Below are positions 1 to 8,698 of a stretch of DNA of 49,711 nucleotides, piece after piece. The translations under genes were made by a program, and so were the position numbers. Numbering within the stretch: position 1 is the first letter of the stretch; the number at the start of each line of letters is the position of its first letter. The DNA comes from Candidatus Poseidoniia archaeon (GTDB lineage Archaea; Thermoplasmatota; Poseidoniia; MGIII; CG-Epi1). The DNA lies in contig JAPYSW010000004.1 in assembly GCA_029936395.1 (NCBI GenBank), positions 1 to 49,711 on the forward strand, in the 5' to 3' direction. The notes under the pieces are model-generated. The model did not search any database. It saw only the letters and a list, made by a program, of their open reading frames with translations, and was not told where the DNA came from.

Positions 1-1
1 A

Positions 2-1003
2 CCATCGTCAGTAGATACTGATTCTGCAACTTCATACGCTATATTCTTCGTTGGTGATGGTAATGGGCTTGGAACTATTGATGAAGGAGATGATGAAATT
101 CAGATTGGTATGAGGGGAGGACATCTGGAAGTATGTTATGATTCATGTACTGGTGCCAGTAGTGACAAATTATGGTATAATGGTGAAACCGAATGGGTTG
201 CTAGCAAATGGTACCATATTGCAGTTTCTTATGATATAGATGGTAATACCGCACAACCTGGAGTTAACGCATTTATCAATGGTGACCGAGTTTCGGGTGC
301 ACCTGATGCAACCGGATTCAAAAGTGTCATCTCCTCAAATTATCCTGGAAGTAGTACTGAATATTATCTAGGAACTGGAGATTTATCTGGTGGTACAGCT
401 GTAGCAAACTTTGCTGGAGTAATTGATGAAGCTCGCTGGTTAACTTATGAAAAGAACGCCTTTGCAGGTGGTTTAATGATTAGCAAAGTAGTTCCTAGTA
501 CAAATACTGTAACTATTTATAATTCAGGAGATTTTACAATGGATTTAACCGGTGTGGATATCTGGAATGGAGCTAGTTCTTGTGGTTTTAGTGGAACACT
601 AGCATCTGAAGCAACAACTACATGTACACTTACAGTAGGAACTACAGACGGAATTAGAATGCTTGATGATGATGGTGATAATGATGCCAGCAGCGATATC
701 GGTTTTAGTGAAGATACAAAAGATTGGATGATTGATGGTGTATGTTGGAATACGGGATCTGGAACGGATGGAAGTTGTGACTCTGCAGCAGACCCACTAA
801 TTGATGCGGGATTATGGACTGAGGATACTTATGTCAATGCTGGATCCGAAATCGGTGTTAGATTAATTCTTGACGGAGATAATGATGAAGCTGTATCTGA
901 TTGGGAAGCTATACCTGAATTTGGAACATTATTGATGCCTATAGCCTCTGTGTTAATGATAGTCGGATATAATTACAGAAAAAGAGAACAATTAGAATCT
1001 TAA
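2..1003 (+). CDS. Cell-surface protein, 5'-truncated: LamG/ConA-like domain, lamin-tail-like domain and PEF(G)-CTERM sorting signal
   Basis: Frame is open from position 2 (PSSVDTDSATSYAIFF...). LamG-like WYHIAVSYD...FAGVIDEAR; LTD-like LMISKV..VTIYNSG..MDLTG; C-terminal IPEFG + hydrophobic helix + RKRE. Confidence 0.75.
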   Translation, partial: PSSVDTDSATSYAIFFVGDGNGLGTIDEGDDEIQIGMRGGHLEVCYDSCTGASSDKLWYNGETEWVASKWYHIAVSYDIDGNTAQPGVNAFINGDRVSGAPDATGFKSVISSNYPGSSTEYYLGTGDLSGGTAVANFAGVIDEARWLTYEKNAFAGGLMISKVVPSTNTVTIYNSGDFTMDLTGVDIWNGASSCGFSGTLASEATTTCTLTVGTTDGIRMLDDDGDNDASSDIGFSEDTKDWMIDGVCWNTGSGTDGSCDSAADPLIDAGLWTEDTYVNAGSEIGVRLILDGDNDEAVSDWEAIPEFGTLLMPIASVLMIVGYNYRKREQLES

Positions 1004-1010
1004 ATTAAAA

Positions 1011-2429
1011 TTAAATACGATTCCACTTAGTTCCTTCAGGAGTATCCTGAATCTGAATTCCCATTTCAGTTAGTTTATCTCTTATTGAATCTGATTGAGC
1101 CCAGTCTTTACTTTGACGTGCTTTGTCTCTGTCAGAAATTAATTGATTAATCTTAGTTTCAATATCGCTATCTAAAGATTCTGAAGAAAATAAACCAAGT
1201 ACATTAGTTCCATAAGTTTCAAAAGTCTTCAATAAATCATTCTTAAGATCTAAATCTAATTCGTCCGGATTAAAATTATTAGCAATTCGAGATAATTGAA
1301 ATAATTCAGCAATTCCTTCTCTTGTATTAAAATCGTCATTCATAGCTGAAACAAAATTTTCCTTACAAACTTCAATAGATTTTTCTAGTTCTGAAGAAAC
1401 GATTGTACCTGCGATTTCAGAATCTTTAAAACGATTATAAGTTCCTTCTAAACGACGATATGCTGCTAAAGACTCCTTCAAATTAGAATCACTAAAATCC
1501 ATTGGAGATCTATAATGTCCGTTCAACAAATAAAATCTCAAAACAGGTGCACTGTATTCCTTCATGACATCTCTAACTAAAAAGAAATTGTCTAGAGATT
1601 TTGACATTTTCTCTTTATTTATTGTAAGATGTCCTGAATGAAGCCAAAAATTTGACATTGGAGAATGATTAGTATGACACTCAGTTTGTAATATCTCAGA
1701 TTCATGGTGTGGAAAGCGGAGATCTATACCGCCCCCGTGAATATCAAAATGTTTACCTAAATGACTCAAAGACATTGCTGAACATTCAATATGCCAACCT
1801 GGTCTTCCTATCCCCCATGGGCTATCCCAATTAGGCTCATTAGGCTTAGCTCCTTTCCATAGTACAAAATCTGAAGGGTGACGCTTACGAGTATCTACGG
1901 CTACTCTAGCTCCAGCCTCCATATCTTCTATTTTTTGGCCTGTAAGAGTTCCAAAGATGCTTGAAGCTGACATCACATCAAAATATACATCAGGTGCAAG
2001 AGCCCCTTCAATAGGCTCAACCACATATGCATGGTTCTTATCAATTAAATTAGAAATTATTTCTACCATTTCTTTAATGAAATCTGTAGCTTTGGGCATA
2101 TGTGTTGGAGGTCTAACTTGTAAACTTTCCAAATCTTCAGTAGTTCTAGCAATATACTTGTCAGCCAAATCTCCAGCTGGAATTCCATCTTCATTAGCTC
2201 TTCTAATTATCTTATCATCAATATCAGTATGATTCTGAACGAAATTGACTTCATAACCTGAATATTCTAACCATCTTCGAATTACATCAAATGCAATATA
2301 TGTTCTAGCATGACCTAAATGCATATCATTATACACTGTTAAACCACAAACATACATTCCAACCTTATTTGGTTCTATAGAACTAAATTCATCTACTTTG
2401 CGTGTTGCTGTATTGTATAACCTAAGCAC
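1011..2429 (-). CDS. cysS: Cysteine--tRNA ligase
   Basis: MYVCGLTVY, HLGH (HIGH), GRPGWHIECSAM, DIHGGGIDLRFPHHE and KMSKS motifs; GTG start. Confidence 0.98.
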   Translation of the reverse strand: MLRLYNTATRKVDEFSSIEPNKVGMYVCGLTVYNDMHLGHARTYIAFDVIRRWLEYSGYEVNFVQNHTDIDDKIIRRANEDGIPAGDLADKYIARTTEDLESLQVRPPTHMPKATDFIKEMVEIISNLIDKNHAYVVEPIEGALAPDVYFDVMSASSIFGTLTGQKIEDMEAGARVAVDTRKRHPSDFVLWKGAKPNEPNWDSPWGIGRPGWHIECSAMSLSHLGKHFDIHGGGIDLRFPHHESEILQTECHTNHSPMSNFWLHSGHLTINKEKMSKSLDNFFLVRDVMKEYSAPVLRFYLLNGHYRSPMDFSDSNLKESLAAYRRLEGTYNRFKDSEIAGTIVSSELEKSIEVCKENFVSAMNDDFNTREGIAELFQLSRIANNFNPDELDLDLKNDLLKTFETYGTNVLGLFSSESLDSDIETKINQLISDRDKARQSKDWAQSDSIRDKLTEMGIQIQDTPEGTKWNRI

Positions 2430-2476
2430 ATTGTTGCAGGGACAGGAGATTAAAACTGTCTCGCCTCACATAATTA

Positions 2477-3292
2477 ATGCCTGAACTACCTGAAGTCGAT
2501 TCCTATCGAACGGGATTAGCACCAACAATGATTGGGTGGAAAATTAAGGGTGGTAAAGCACTATGGAAAAACGCTTCAGATGCCGATTTTTCCAGCATAA
2601 TTAATCAAAAAATAACTGGATTTGATAGAAGAGGGAAATATTTGATACTTAATTTAGACCAATCAAACATTATTATTCATTTAAGGATGACGGGAAGAAT
2701 AGATTTAACAGAAAATGAAACTCCAAAATATACTACTGTTGAATTTGATTTTTACAATAATAAGAAAATGTGCTTAGTTGATTATCGTAAATTTGGTAAA
2801 GTTTGGATTGTGGAAGATATTGAAAAAATTGTAGGACATCTAGGTATTGAACCTCTAAGTAAGCAATTTACATCCAAAAAATTTAGATTAATGTTTGAAA
2901 AGCGTAAGGGTACACTTAAACCATTATTACTGAATCAACAATTCATAGCTGGAATTGGCAATTATCTGGCTGATGAAATTTTATTTCGAGCTAATCTACA
3001 TCCTCTAAGGACTGCAGATACACTTAACAAAAAAGAAGTAAATGAATTGTATCTATCAATTAGACACATTATTAGAAAGTCAATACGTTTTGGAGGTACA
3101 ACCTTTCTAACATTTAGAGGACCTGAAGGTAAAAAAGGAGAATTTTGGAAGAAATTACAAGTTTTTAGGAAAACTGGAGAACCCTGTCCACATTGCAAAA
3201 GACCCATTACTAGAATAATAGTAGGACAAAGAAGTACTCATTTATGTGAAAACAAACAAAAACTACATAAAAACTTCATTAACATTAAATAG
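2477..3292 (+). CDS. mutM: Formamidopyrimidine-DNA glycosylase (Fpg/Nei family)
   Basis: N-terminal PELPEV, RRGKYL, HLRMTG, H2TH motif LLNQ..IAGIGNYLADEILF, C-terminal zinc finger. Confidence 0.93.
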   Translation: MPELPEVDSYRTGLAPTMIGWKIKGGKALWKNASDADFSSIINQKITGFDRRGKYLILNLDQSNIIIHLRMTGRIDLTENETPKYTTVEFDFYNNKKMCLVDYRKFGKVWIVEDIEKIVGHLGIEPLSKQFTSKKFRLMFEKRKGTLKPLLLNQQFIAGIGNYLADEILFRANLHPLRTADTLNKKEVNELYLSIRHIIRKSIRFGGTTFLTFRGPEGKKGEFWKKLQVFRKTGEPCPHCKRPITRIIVGQRSTHLCENKQKLHKNFINIK

Positions 3293-3327
3293 AGTGACAA
3301 TTATCGTAAGTCCTCGAGGTAAGAACC

Positions 3328-3867
3328 ATGATGGCTGCTAAGAAAGTATCAAAAAAGATTGTAGTACTAGGAGATCCTGCTGTAGGAAAGACTAGTTTAA
3401 TCCGCCGTTTTGTTATCAATGCATTTGATGATAAATATCTAACAACGATTGGAGCTAAAATCGTAAAGAAAGAAGTCCAACTAAGATCTGGTGGAGCAAA
3501 GCCAGATATCGATGTAACACTAATGATTTGGGATGTTGCTGGACAAAAAACCCTTGGAAACGTAAAACAAGCCTATTATCGTGGTTCAGAAGGCGCAATG
3601 ATTGTTTGTGATATTACTCGTAGAGAAACACTTCTTTCAACTATTGACTGGATTAAAACCTTAATGCAAGTAACTGGAGAAATACCTGTAGTTCTACTTG
3701 CTAACAAATGTGATTTAATGGATAAGGCGCTTTTTGGTGAGAAAGAAATGTCTGAAGTATCTAAGAAACTCAATGCCTCTTTCATGATGACCTCTGCAAA
3801 GGATGGTCGAAATGTTGGAGAAGCTTTCCAGAACATATCAGAAAGCATGCTTGAGGGAATGTCATAG
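3328..3867 (+). CDS. Rab-like small GTPase (Ras superfamily)
   Basis: G1 GDPAVGKTS, G2 T, G3 WDVAGQ, G4 NKCD, G5 SAK; Rab-like YYRGS and IVCDIT; GAGGT SD-like site upstream; no C-terminal Cys. Confidence 0.93.
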   Translation: MMAAKKVSKKIVVLGDPAVGKTSLIRRFVINAFDDKYLTTIGAKIVKKEVQLRSGGAKPDIDVTLMIWDVAGQKTLGNVKQAYYRGSEGAMIVCDITRRETLLSTIDWIKTLMQVTGEIPVVLLANKCDLMDKALFGEKEMSEVSKKLNASFMMTSAKDGRNVGEAFQNISESMLEGMS

Positions 3868-3881
3868 AAGGGCTAAGCCCT

Positions 3882-4331
3882 ATGGATGACTTCTACGACA
3901 CTGATGTTGGTGTACAAACATCTGACATTTTAGTTTTGCCAAGTACCTTTCTTGGTACATTATGGAAAGAGCTACAAAGTGTTGGCAGTGATAAAGCACG
4001 TAGTATTCTGTTTAACTGTGGGCATACTGTTGGTAAAAGCCTATCAGCCAATTATATAGAAATGGGTACTGAAGATTTAGATATGGTCTTGAACCAAGCT
4101 TGGGCTGAGGCTGGATTAGGGCATTTATTTGTTTTAGACACTAATGAAGAACATATTGTTGTAAAGTTAGAAAACCTTCTTGAAATTGGAATAATTGGTT
4201 CTGAACATAATTGCGATTTTACAGGAGGTTGCCTGACTGGAGTGCTTGAGGGGCTCCTACAACAACCTTATAGCGTGGTAGAAGAAATGGTAGGAGAAGA
4301 GACAAGACTCTTCAAGTTTGACAAAAAGTAA
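3882..4331 (+). CDS. V4R / Bet3(TRAPP)-like fold protein
   Basis: ARSILFNCGHTVG...WAEAGLG...IVVKLEN..E...CDFTGGCLTGVLEG...VVEE...FKF matches the V4R consensus; distal Cys pair absent. Confidence 0.7.
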   Translation: MDDFYDTDVGVQTSDILVLPSTFLGTLWKELQSVGSDKARSILFNCGHTVGKSLSANYIEMGTEDLDMVLNQAWAEAGLGHLFVLDTNEEHIVVKLENLLEIGIIGSEHNCDFTGGCLTGVLEGLLQQPYSVVEEMVGEETRLFKFDKK

Positions 4332-4333
4332 AC

Positions 4334-5239
4334 ATGGCAGCAAAGTGGCAAAAAACATTAGACGATTTATTATACAACGGAGACCTTGACGGGGCGTATA
4401 ATTTACTAGATGGAATCTTAAGAGAAAACTCTGGAGATTTACAAGCTAGACTAGCTTTTGGAAAAGTACAATATGAGTTAGGTGATCCTGATAATGCAAG
4501 AAATACATTTGATACAGTTCTGAAGAATACTCCTCGGAATGGTGAAGCTCTCAAAGGAAAAGCCGAAGTCTGCGAATTACTTGGTGAATATGAGGAAGCT
4601 CTCCGTTCATACCACATGGCAACACAAGCTAAACCTAAAGATATAGAGGGATGGAAATCTATGGGTATTCTTTTAACTAAATTAAAGAAATTTGGTAAAG
4701 CAGATAAATGCTGGAATGCAATTTTAAGATTAAATGCAAAAGATGCTGAAGCTTGGTACAACAAAGGATACGCCAAGATGTTAGTTCAGAAATATGATGA
4801 TGCCGAAAAATGTCTTAAGAAAGCAATACAATTTAAGGCAGATATGAAAGAAGCTCACAATGATCTAGTAATGGTTCTTAGAAAGAAAGGTGATAACAAA
4901 GGTGCACTAATCATTTGTAATCATGCACTCAAATCCCACGATAGTGATGACACACTTCATAGAAACAAAGGAAATATTCTTTATGCTCTTGATAGACCTG
5001 AAGAAGCTCTTGAAGCTTTTGAAAAAGCCTTAGATTTGAATCCTTATGTTGTTGACACTTGGGTAAACAAGGGGACTGTTCTATGGAAATCTATGCAAAT
5101 GCGAGATGAAGCACTCTCTGCATTTGATAAAGCATTAGAAATAAACCCACAATTTATGGCCGCTGTTGATTCAAGAATAAATCTTGAAGCTGAAATTAAA
5201 GCAAATAAACCTAGCTTCTTTAAACGAATATTCGGATAA
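4334..5239 (+). CDS. Tetratricopeptide repeat protein with C-terminal amphipathic helix
   Basis: About 7-8 TPR units (AWYNKG, EEALEAFEKALDLNP, DEALSAFDKALEINP); ends KPSFFKRIFG. Confidence 0.9.
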   Translation: MAAKWQKTLDDLLYNGDLDGAYNLLDGILRENSGDLQARLAFGKVQYELGDPDNARNTFDTVLKNTPRNGEALKGKAEVCELLGEYEEALRSYHMATQAKPKDIEGWKSMGILLTKLKKFGKADKCWNAILRLNAKDAEAWYNKGYAKMLVQKYDDAEKCLKKAIQFKADMKEAHNDLVMVLRKKGDNKGALIICNHALKSHDSDDTLHRNKGNILYALDRPEEALEAFEKALDLNPYVVDTWVNKGTVLWKSMQMRDEALSAFDKALEINPQFMAAVDSRINLEAEIKANKPSFFKRIFG

Positions 5240-5281
5240 GTATAGGCAAGCATTTAAGGAGCACCCAGATGAATATAGTCC

Positions 5282-7564
5282 TTGCCAAATGACATACCCT
5301 TAGATGAACTTATGGAATTGTGGAGATCTTTCTTCCAAGACTCCCGAAACAGACCAATTGATAAATCTGGTAAAGAAGCTTCAGCTCCAAAATGTATTAC
5401 CTGTAAAGGCGAAGGTAAAATAAAAATTCAAGGCGGAATAAAGTTAGATGATACTGAACCTATCACAAAAATATGTCCAAATTGTAATGGTGAAAGAGTT
5501 GATTCAAAGAGCATACCAACTTATGGAGATGAGATACAAAAAGTATCTAAAGAATACCCTAAAGGTAACCGATCTGTAGGTGTAACATGGGAAGCTGTTG
5601 CAGACTTTAATGCAAGACTATCAAGTAATCTAAGATGGAATCTAGATGAAACACTAGATGCGGCAAAAAAAGTTGTCCAAGAATTTATAGATGACGATAC
5701 AAAGATTAGAGTTAGAGAAGAGCACCGCACAAAAGTAGATTTAGATGTCGTACCTGTTGGAATTCCTGATGAATTATATGTTGTAGATATAAGTGGATTG
5801 AGAAAAGAACATCTCTATCGTACTGTTAAACTAAAAGGTTTAGTTAGAAAAGCAACTCCAGTAAGACCCCGTATGGAAATTGGATTATTTGAATGTGAAT
5901 GGGAAAGACATCGAAACTCCTATATTCAAGATTTTTTTACTTTAGAAAAACCTATCAAATGTACTTCTGAGGGTTGTAAATGTGCTGACTTCAAATTAAG
6001 AGAAGATTTATCTCAGTTTATTGATTCACAAAAAATAGAAATACAAGAATATCCTGAAGATTTGCCACCAGGATCTCAACCTGAAAGACTAACGGCATAC
6101 TTTGAAAGTTCATTAGCACATAAAATTCAACCGGGAGATAGAGTGGCTATAGTAGGCATAATAAAACCTAAAACTCAATTTCAGGGTAGACGGCAAAAGA
6201 GTGAATTTGATATTTATCTATATGCACACAGTATAGATGAAAAAATAGGAGAAGATGAAAATATAGAACCAACTGCTGCGGAATTAATGGAAATTAAAGA
6301 ATTATCTCAACAAGAGGATGTAGCTGAAAAAATACGTGATTCAATATCACCTACGATTTTTGGAATGGAATGGGAAAAAAGAGCTCTTGCTCTACAGCAA
6401 TTTGGTGGAGTACACAAAGAATTACCAGATGGCACTCGTATTCGTGGCGATATCCATATGCTGATGATGGGAGATCCGGGATTAGCTAAATCTCAATTAC
6501 TTAGATCTGCTGCAAGAATTGCTCCGCGTGGTGTTATGGCGACAGGTAAATCTACTTCAGCTGCAGGATTGACGGCTGCAGCAGTTAGAGATGAATTTGG
6601 AGAAGGAAGGTGGAGTCTTGAGGCTGGAACCCTCGTTCTTGCATCTGGAGGTATTGCTTGTATTGATGAAATAGATAAGATGTCTGAAGAAGATAGATCC
6701 TCTATGCATGAAGCAATGGAACAACAGACTATTAGTATTGCAAAAGCTGGGATAAATGCTCAACTTAAATCCAAATGTTCAGTTCTTGCAGCTGCCAATC
6801 CACGCCGTAGTAGATTCGATATGACTATGCCACTTCCACCTCAGGTCAATATGCCCGTTTCTTTATTAAGCAGATTTGACATATTTTTCATAATTATTGA
6901 TGAGCCTAACCCTGAAAGAGATAATTTATTAGCTGATAGAATTTTAGAAAGTCATAGAACAGGAGGTGCATTAATTCCGGGTGAAAAGATTGTGGATAGT
7001 GATTTAGATATAAGATCACTAGAAGGACCTATTAGCTCACGTATGTTAAAAATGTACATTGCTTATGCTAAAAAATTAAGACCTATTATGACTTCACAAG
7101 CTCAATATAAAATAAAAGAATATTATACTGGACTAAGAAGAAGATATCACAGCGTAGATGATCAAGACAAAACTATGCCCATTACTCCAAGACAATTGGA
7201 ATCTATTATAAGATTGGCTGAAGCTGAAGCTAAAATGTATTTATCTAATACTATTGATGTTAAACACGCAGATAGTGCTATTGATTTAATGAATTTATTC
7301 CTTAATGTCACTCTTGGCGGAGATGTGGACTTTGCATTCTTTGGTGTTGATGCAAATCAAAGAAAGAAAGATGCTAACCCTATGACTCTGTTAAGAACTG
7401 TTGTAAAAGAATCAGGACCTGGAGGTATTGATGAAAAAGAAATTTATGATCGAATGAGAGAAGAGGGTGGATATAGTATGGAGAAAGTAGAGCAGTATCT
7501 CCATAAAGCAAGAGAAGAAGGTACACTATTGAAAGATGGATATGATAAATGGAGACCCGTTTGA
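5282..7564 (+). CDS. mcm: Replicative MCM helicase with N-terminal CxxCxGxG insertion
   Basis: Walker A GDPGLAKSQLL, Walker B IDEIDKM, AGLTAA, HEAMEQQTISIAKAG, SRFD arginine finger, TPRQLESIIRL; TTG start. Confidence 0.97.
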   Translation: MPNDIPLDELMELWRSFFQDSRNRPIDKSGKEASAPKCITCKGEGKIKIQGGIKLDDTEPITKICPNCNGERVDSKSIPTYGDEIQKVSKEYPKGNRSVGVTWEAVADFNARLSSNLRWNLDETLDAAKKVVQEFIDDDTKIRVREEHRTKVDLDVVPVGIPDELYVVDISGLRKEHLYRTVKLKGLVRKATPVRPRMEIGLFECEWERHRNSYIQDFFTLEKPIKCTSEGCKCADFKLREDLSQFIDSQKIEIQEYPEDLPPGSQPERLTAYFESSLAHKIQPGDRVAIVGIIKPKTQFQGRRQKSEFDIYLYAHSIDEKIGEDENIEPTAAELMEIKELSQQEDVAEKIRDSISPTIFGMEWEKRALALQQFGGVHKELPDGTRIRGDIHMLMMGDPGLAKSQLLRSAARIAPRGVMATGKSTSAAGLTAAAVRDEFGEGRWSLEAGTLVLASGGIACIDEIDKMSEEDRSSMHEAMEQQTISIAKAGINAQLKSKCSVLAAANPRRSRFDMTMPLPPQVNMPVSLLSRFDIFFIIIDEPNPERDNLLADRILESHRTGGALIPGEKIVDSDLDIRSLEGPISSRMLKMYIAYAKKLRPIMTSQAQYKIKEYYTGLRRRYHSVDDQDKTMPITPRQLESIIRLAEAEAKMYLSNTIDVKHADSAIDLMNLFLNVTLGGDVDFAFFGVDANQRKKDANPMTLLRTVVKESGPGGIDEKEIYDRMREEGGYSMEKVEQYLHKAREEGTLLKDGYDKWRPV

Positions 7565-8145
7565 ACTATAAAATATTGCAAAATTCACCAGATTTTAAAA
7601 AACCTAAACCAGAACTTGAACAATATACCACTCCTGTTGATATTACTCTGGAGATAATAAAACAGGCTAATTCTTTAGGTCATCTGGCAGGAACTGTAGC
7701 TGATTTTGGATGTGGAACGGGTAGATTGGCTATTGGAGCTTCATTATTAGGTGCAAAGGTAACGGGGTACGAAATTGATGATGATGCACTCAAATTAGCT
7801 ATAGAATATTCTAATAAAAATAATTTAGATATTAAATGGGTTAGTATGGCTATTGAAAATGTTAGTGAATCATACGACACGATACTAATGAATCCTCCAT
7901 TTGGTTCTCAACGACCTGGGGCTGATGCTATTTTTCTAGAAAAAGCACTGGAAAGTTCCTCAGATATTTGGACAATCCATATGGCTGAAACAAGAGAATT
8001 TATTCAAAAACTTGTTGAAGAAAACTCTGGGAAAATTGTATCAGCCTATAAGTTTGATTTTCTATTAAATAAGACAATGCCGTTTCATACTAAAAATAAA
8101 AAGACCAAGAAAGCAATACTTTATCATATAGCGTCTCTGAGATAA
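7549..8145 (+). CDS. METTL5-family SAM-dependent (rRNA m6A-type) methyltransferase
   Basis: LEQYTTP, DFGCGTG SAM motif, MNPPFG amino-methyltransferase motif, MPFH tail. Confidence 0.88.
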   Translation: METRLNYKILQNSPDFKKPKPELEQYTTPVDITLEIIKQANSLGHLAGTVADFGCGTGRLAIGASLLGAKVTGYEIDDDALKLAIEYSNKNNLDIKWVSMAIENVSESYDTILMNPPFGSQRPGADAIFLEKALESSSDIWTIHMAETREFIQKLVEENSGKIVSAYKFDFLLNKTMPFHTKNKKTKKAILYHIASLR

Positions 8146-8149
8146 TATT

Positions 8150-8698
8150 ATGAAACAACCAGGTGATAAACTAGGAAGTGCGATGGAGTACATGCCAGGT
8201 AGTGGTGTCTATGAAATTAATGGTGAATTAATTGCAGGTGTTTGTGGTGAACTTAAAGAAGATAATAAAACTATGAAAATGAGTATTGCACCCTCTGTTT
8301 CAGTTCCGATTAAGATTAAAGAAGGTGATACTGTCTTCGGTAGAATACAAATGACAAGAAATAGTATGGCCTCTGTAGAAGTTCTAAAATTAAAAGGTGA
8401 AAAGAGATCAATTGGAAATTATACCGTAGGTACTTTACATGTAGCTAAAATGTCAAAAGATTACGTTTCTAATATTAGTGATGTGTATCAAGCTAATGAT
8501 TTAATTCAGGCTACAGTGATTAAAGCCCAACCTGCCATTGAATTATCAACAAGCTCCGATAATGATGGAGTAGTCTTTGCAAGATGTGATGTTACTCATG
8601 ACATCCTAAAGATTGTTGATGGAGAATTATGGTCAGAGGAACTAAGAAGAAGAGTTCCAAGAAAGATATCTAATATGTATGGTAAAGTTCAGGTTTAG
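8150..8698 (+). CDS. csl4: Exosome RNA-binding subunit Csl4
   Basis: PGDKLG..EY.PG.GVYE N-terminus, S1 domain (GTLHVAKMS.DYV), GVVFARC...RKIS tail. Confidence 0.88.
   Translation: MKQPGDKLGSAMEYMPGSGVYEINGELIAGVCGELKEDNKTMKMSIAPSVSVPIKIKEGDTVFGRIQMTRNSMASVEVLKLKGEKRSIGNYTVGTLHVAKMSKDYVSNISDVYQANDLIQATVIKAQPAIELSTSSDNDGVVFARCDVTHDILKIVDGELWSEELRRRVPRKISNMYGKVQV

Noticed and set aside
2441-2460. Inverted repeat GACAG-n10-CTGTC between divergent cysS and mutM
   Set aside because: Only 5-bp arms; not distinguishable from chance without comparative data.
5282-7564. Intein in MCM
   Set aside because: AAA+ motifs are contiguous and there are no splice-junction or LAGLIDADG motifs; the extra length comes from the N-terminal insertion.
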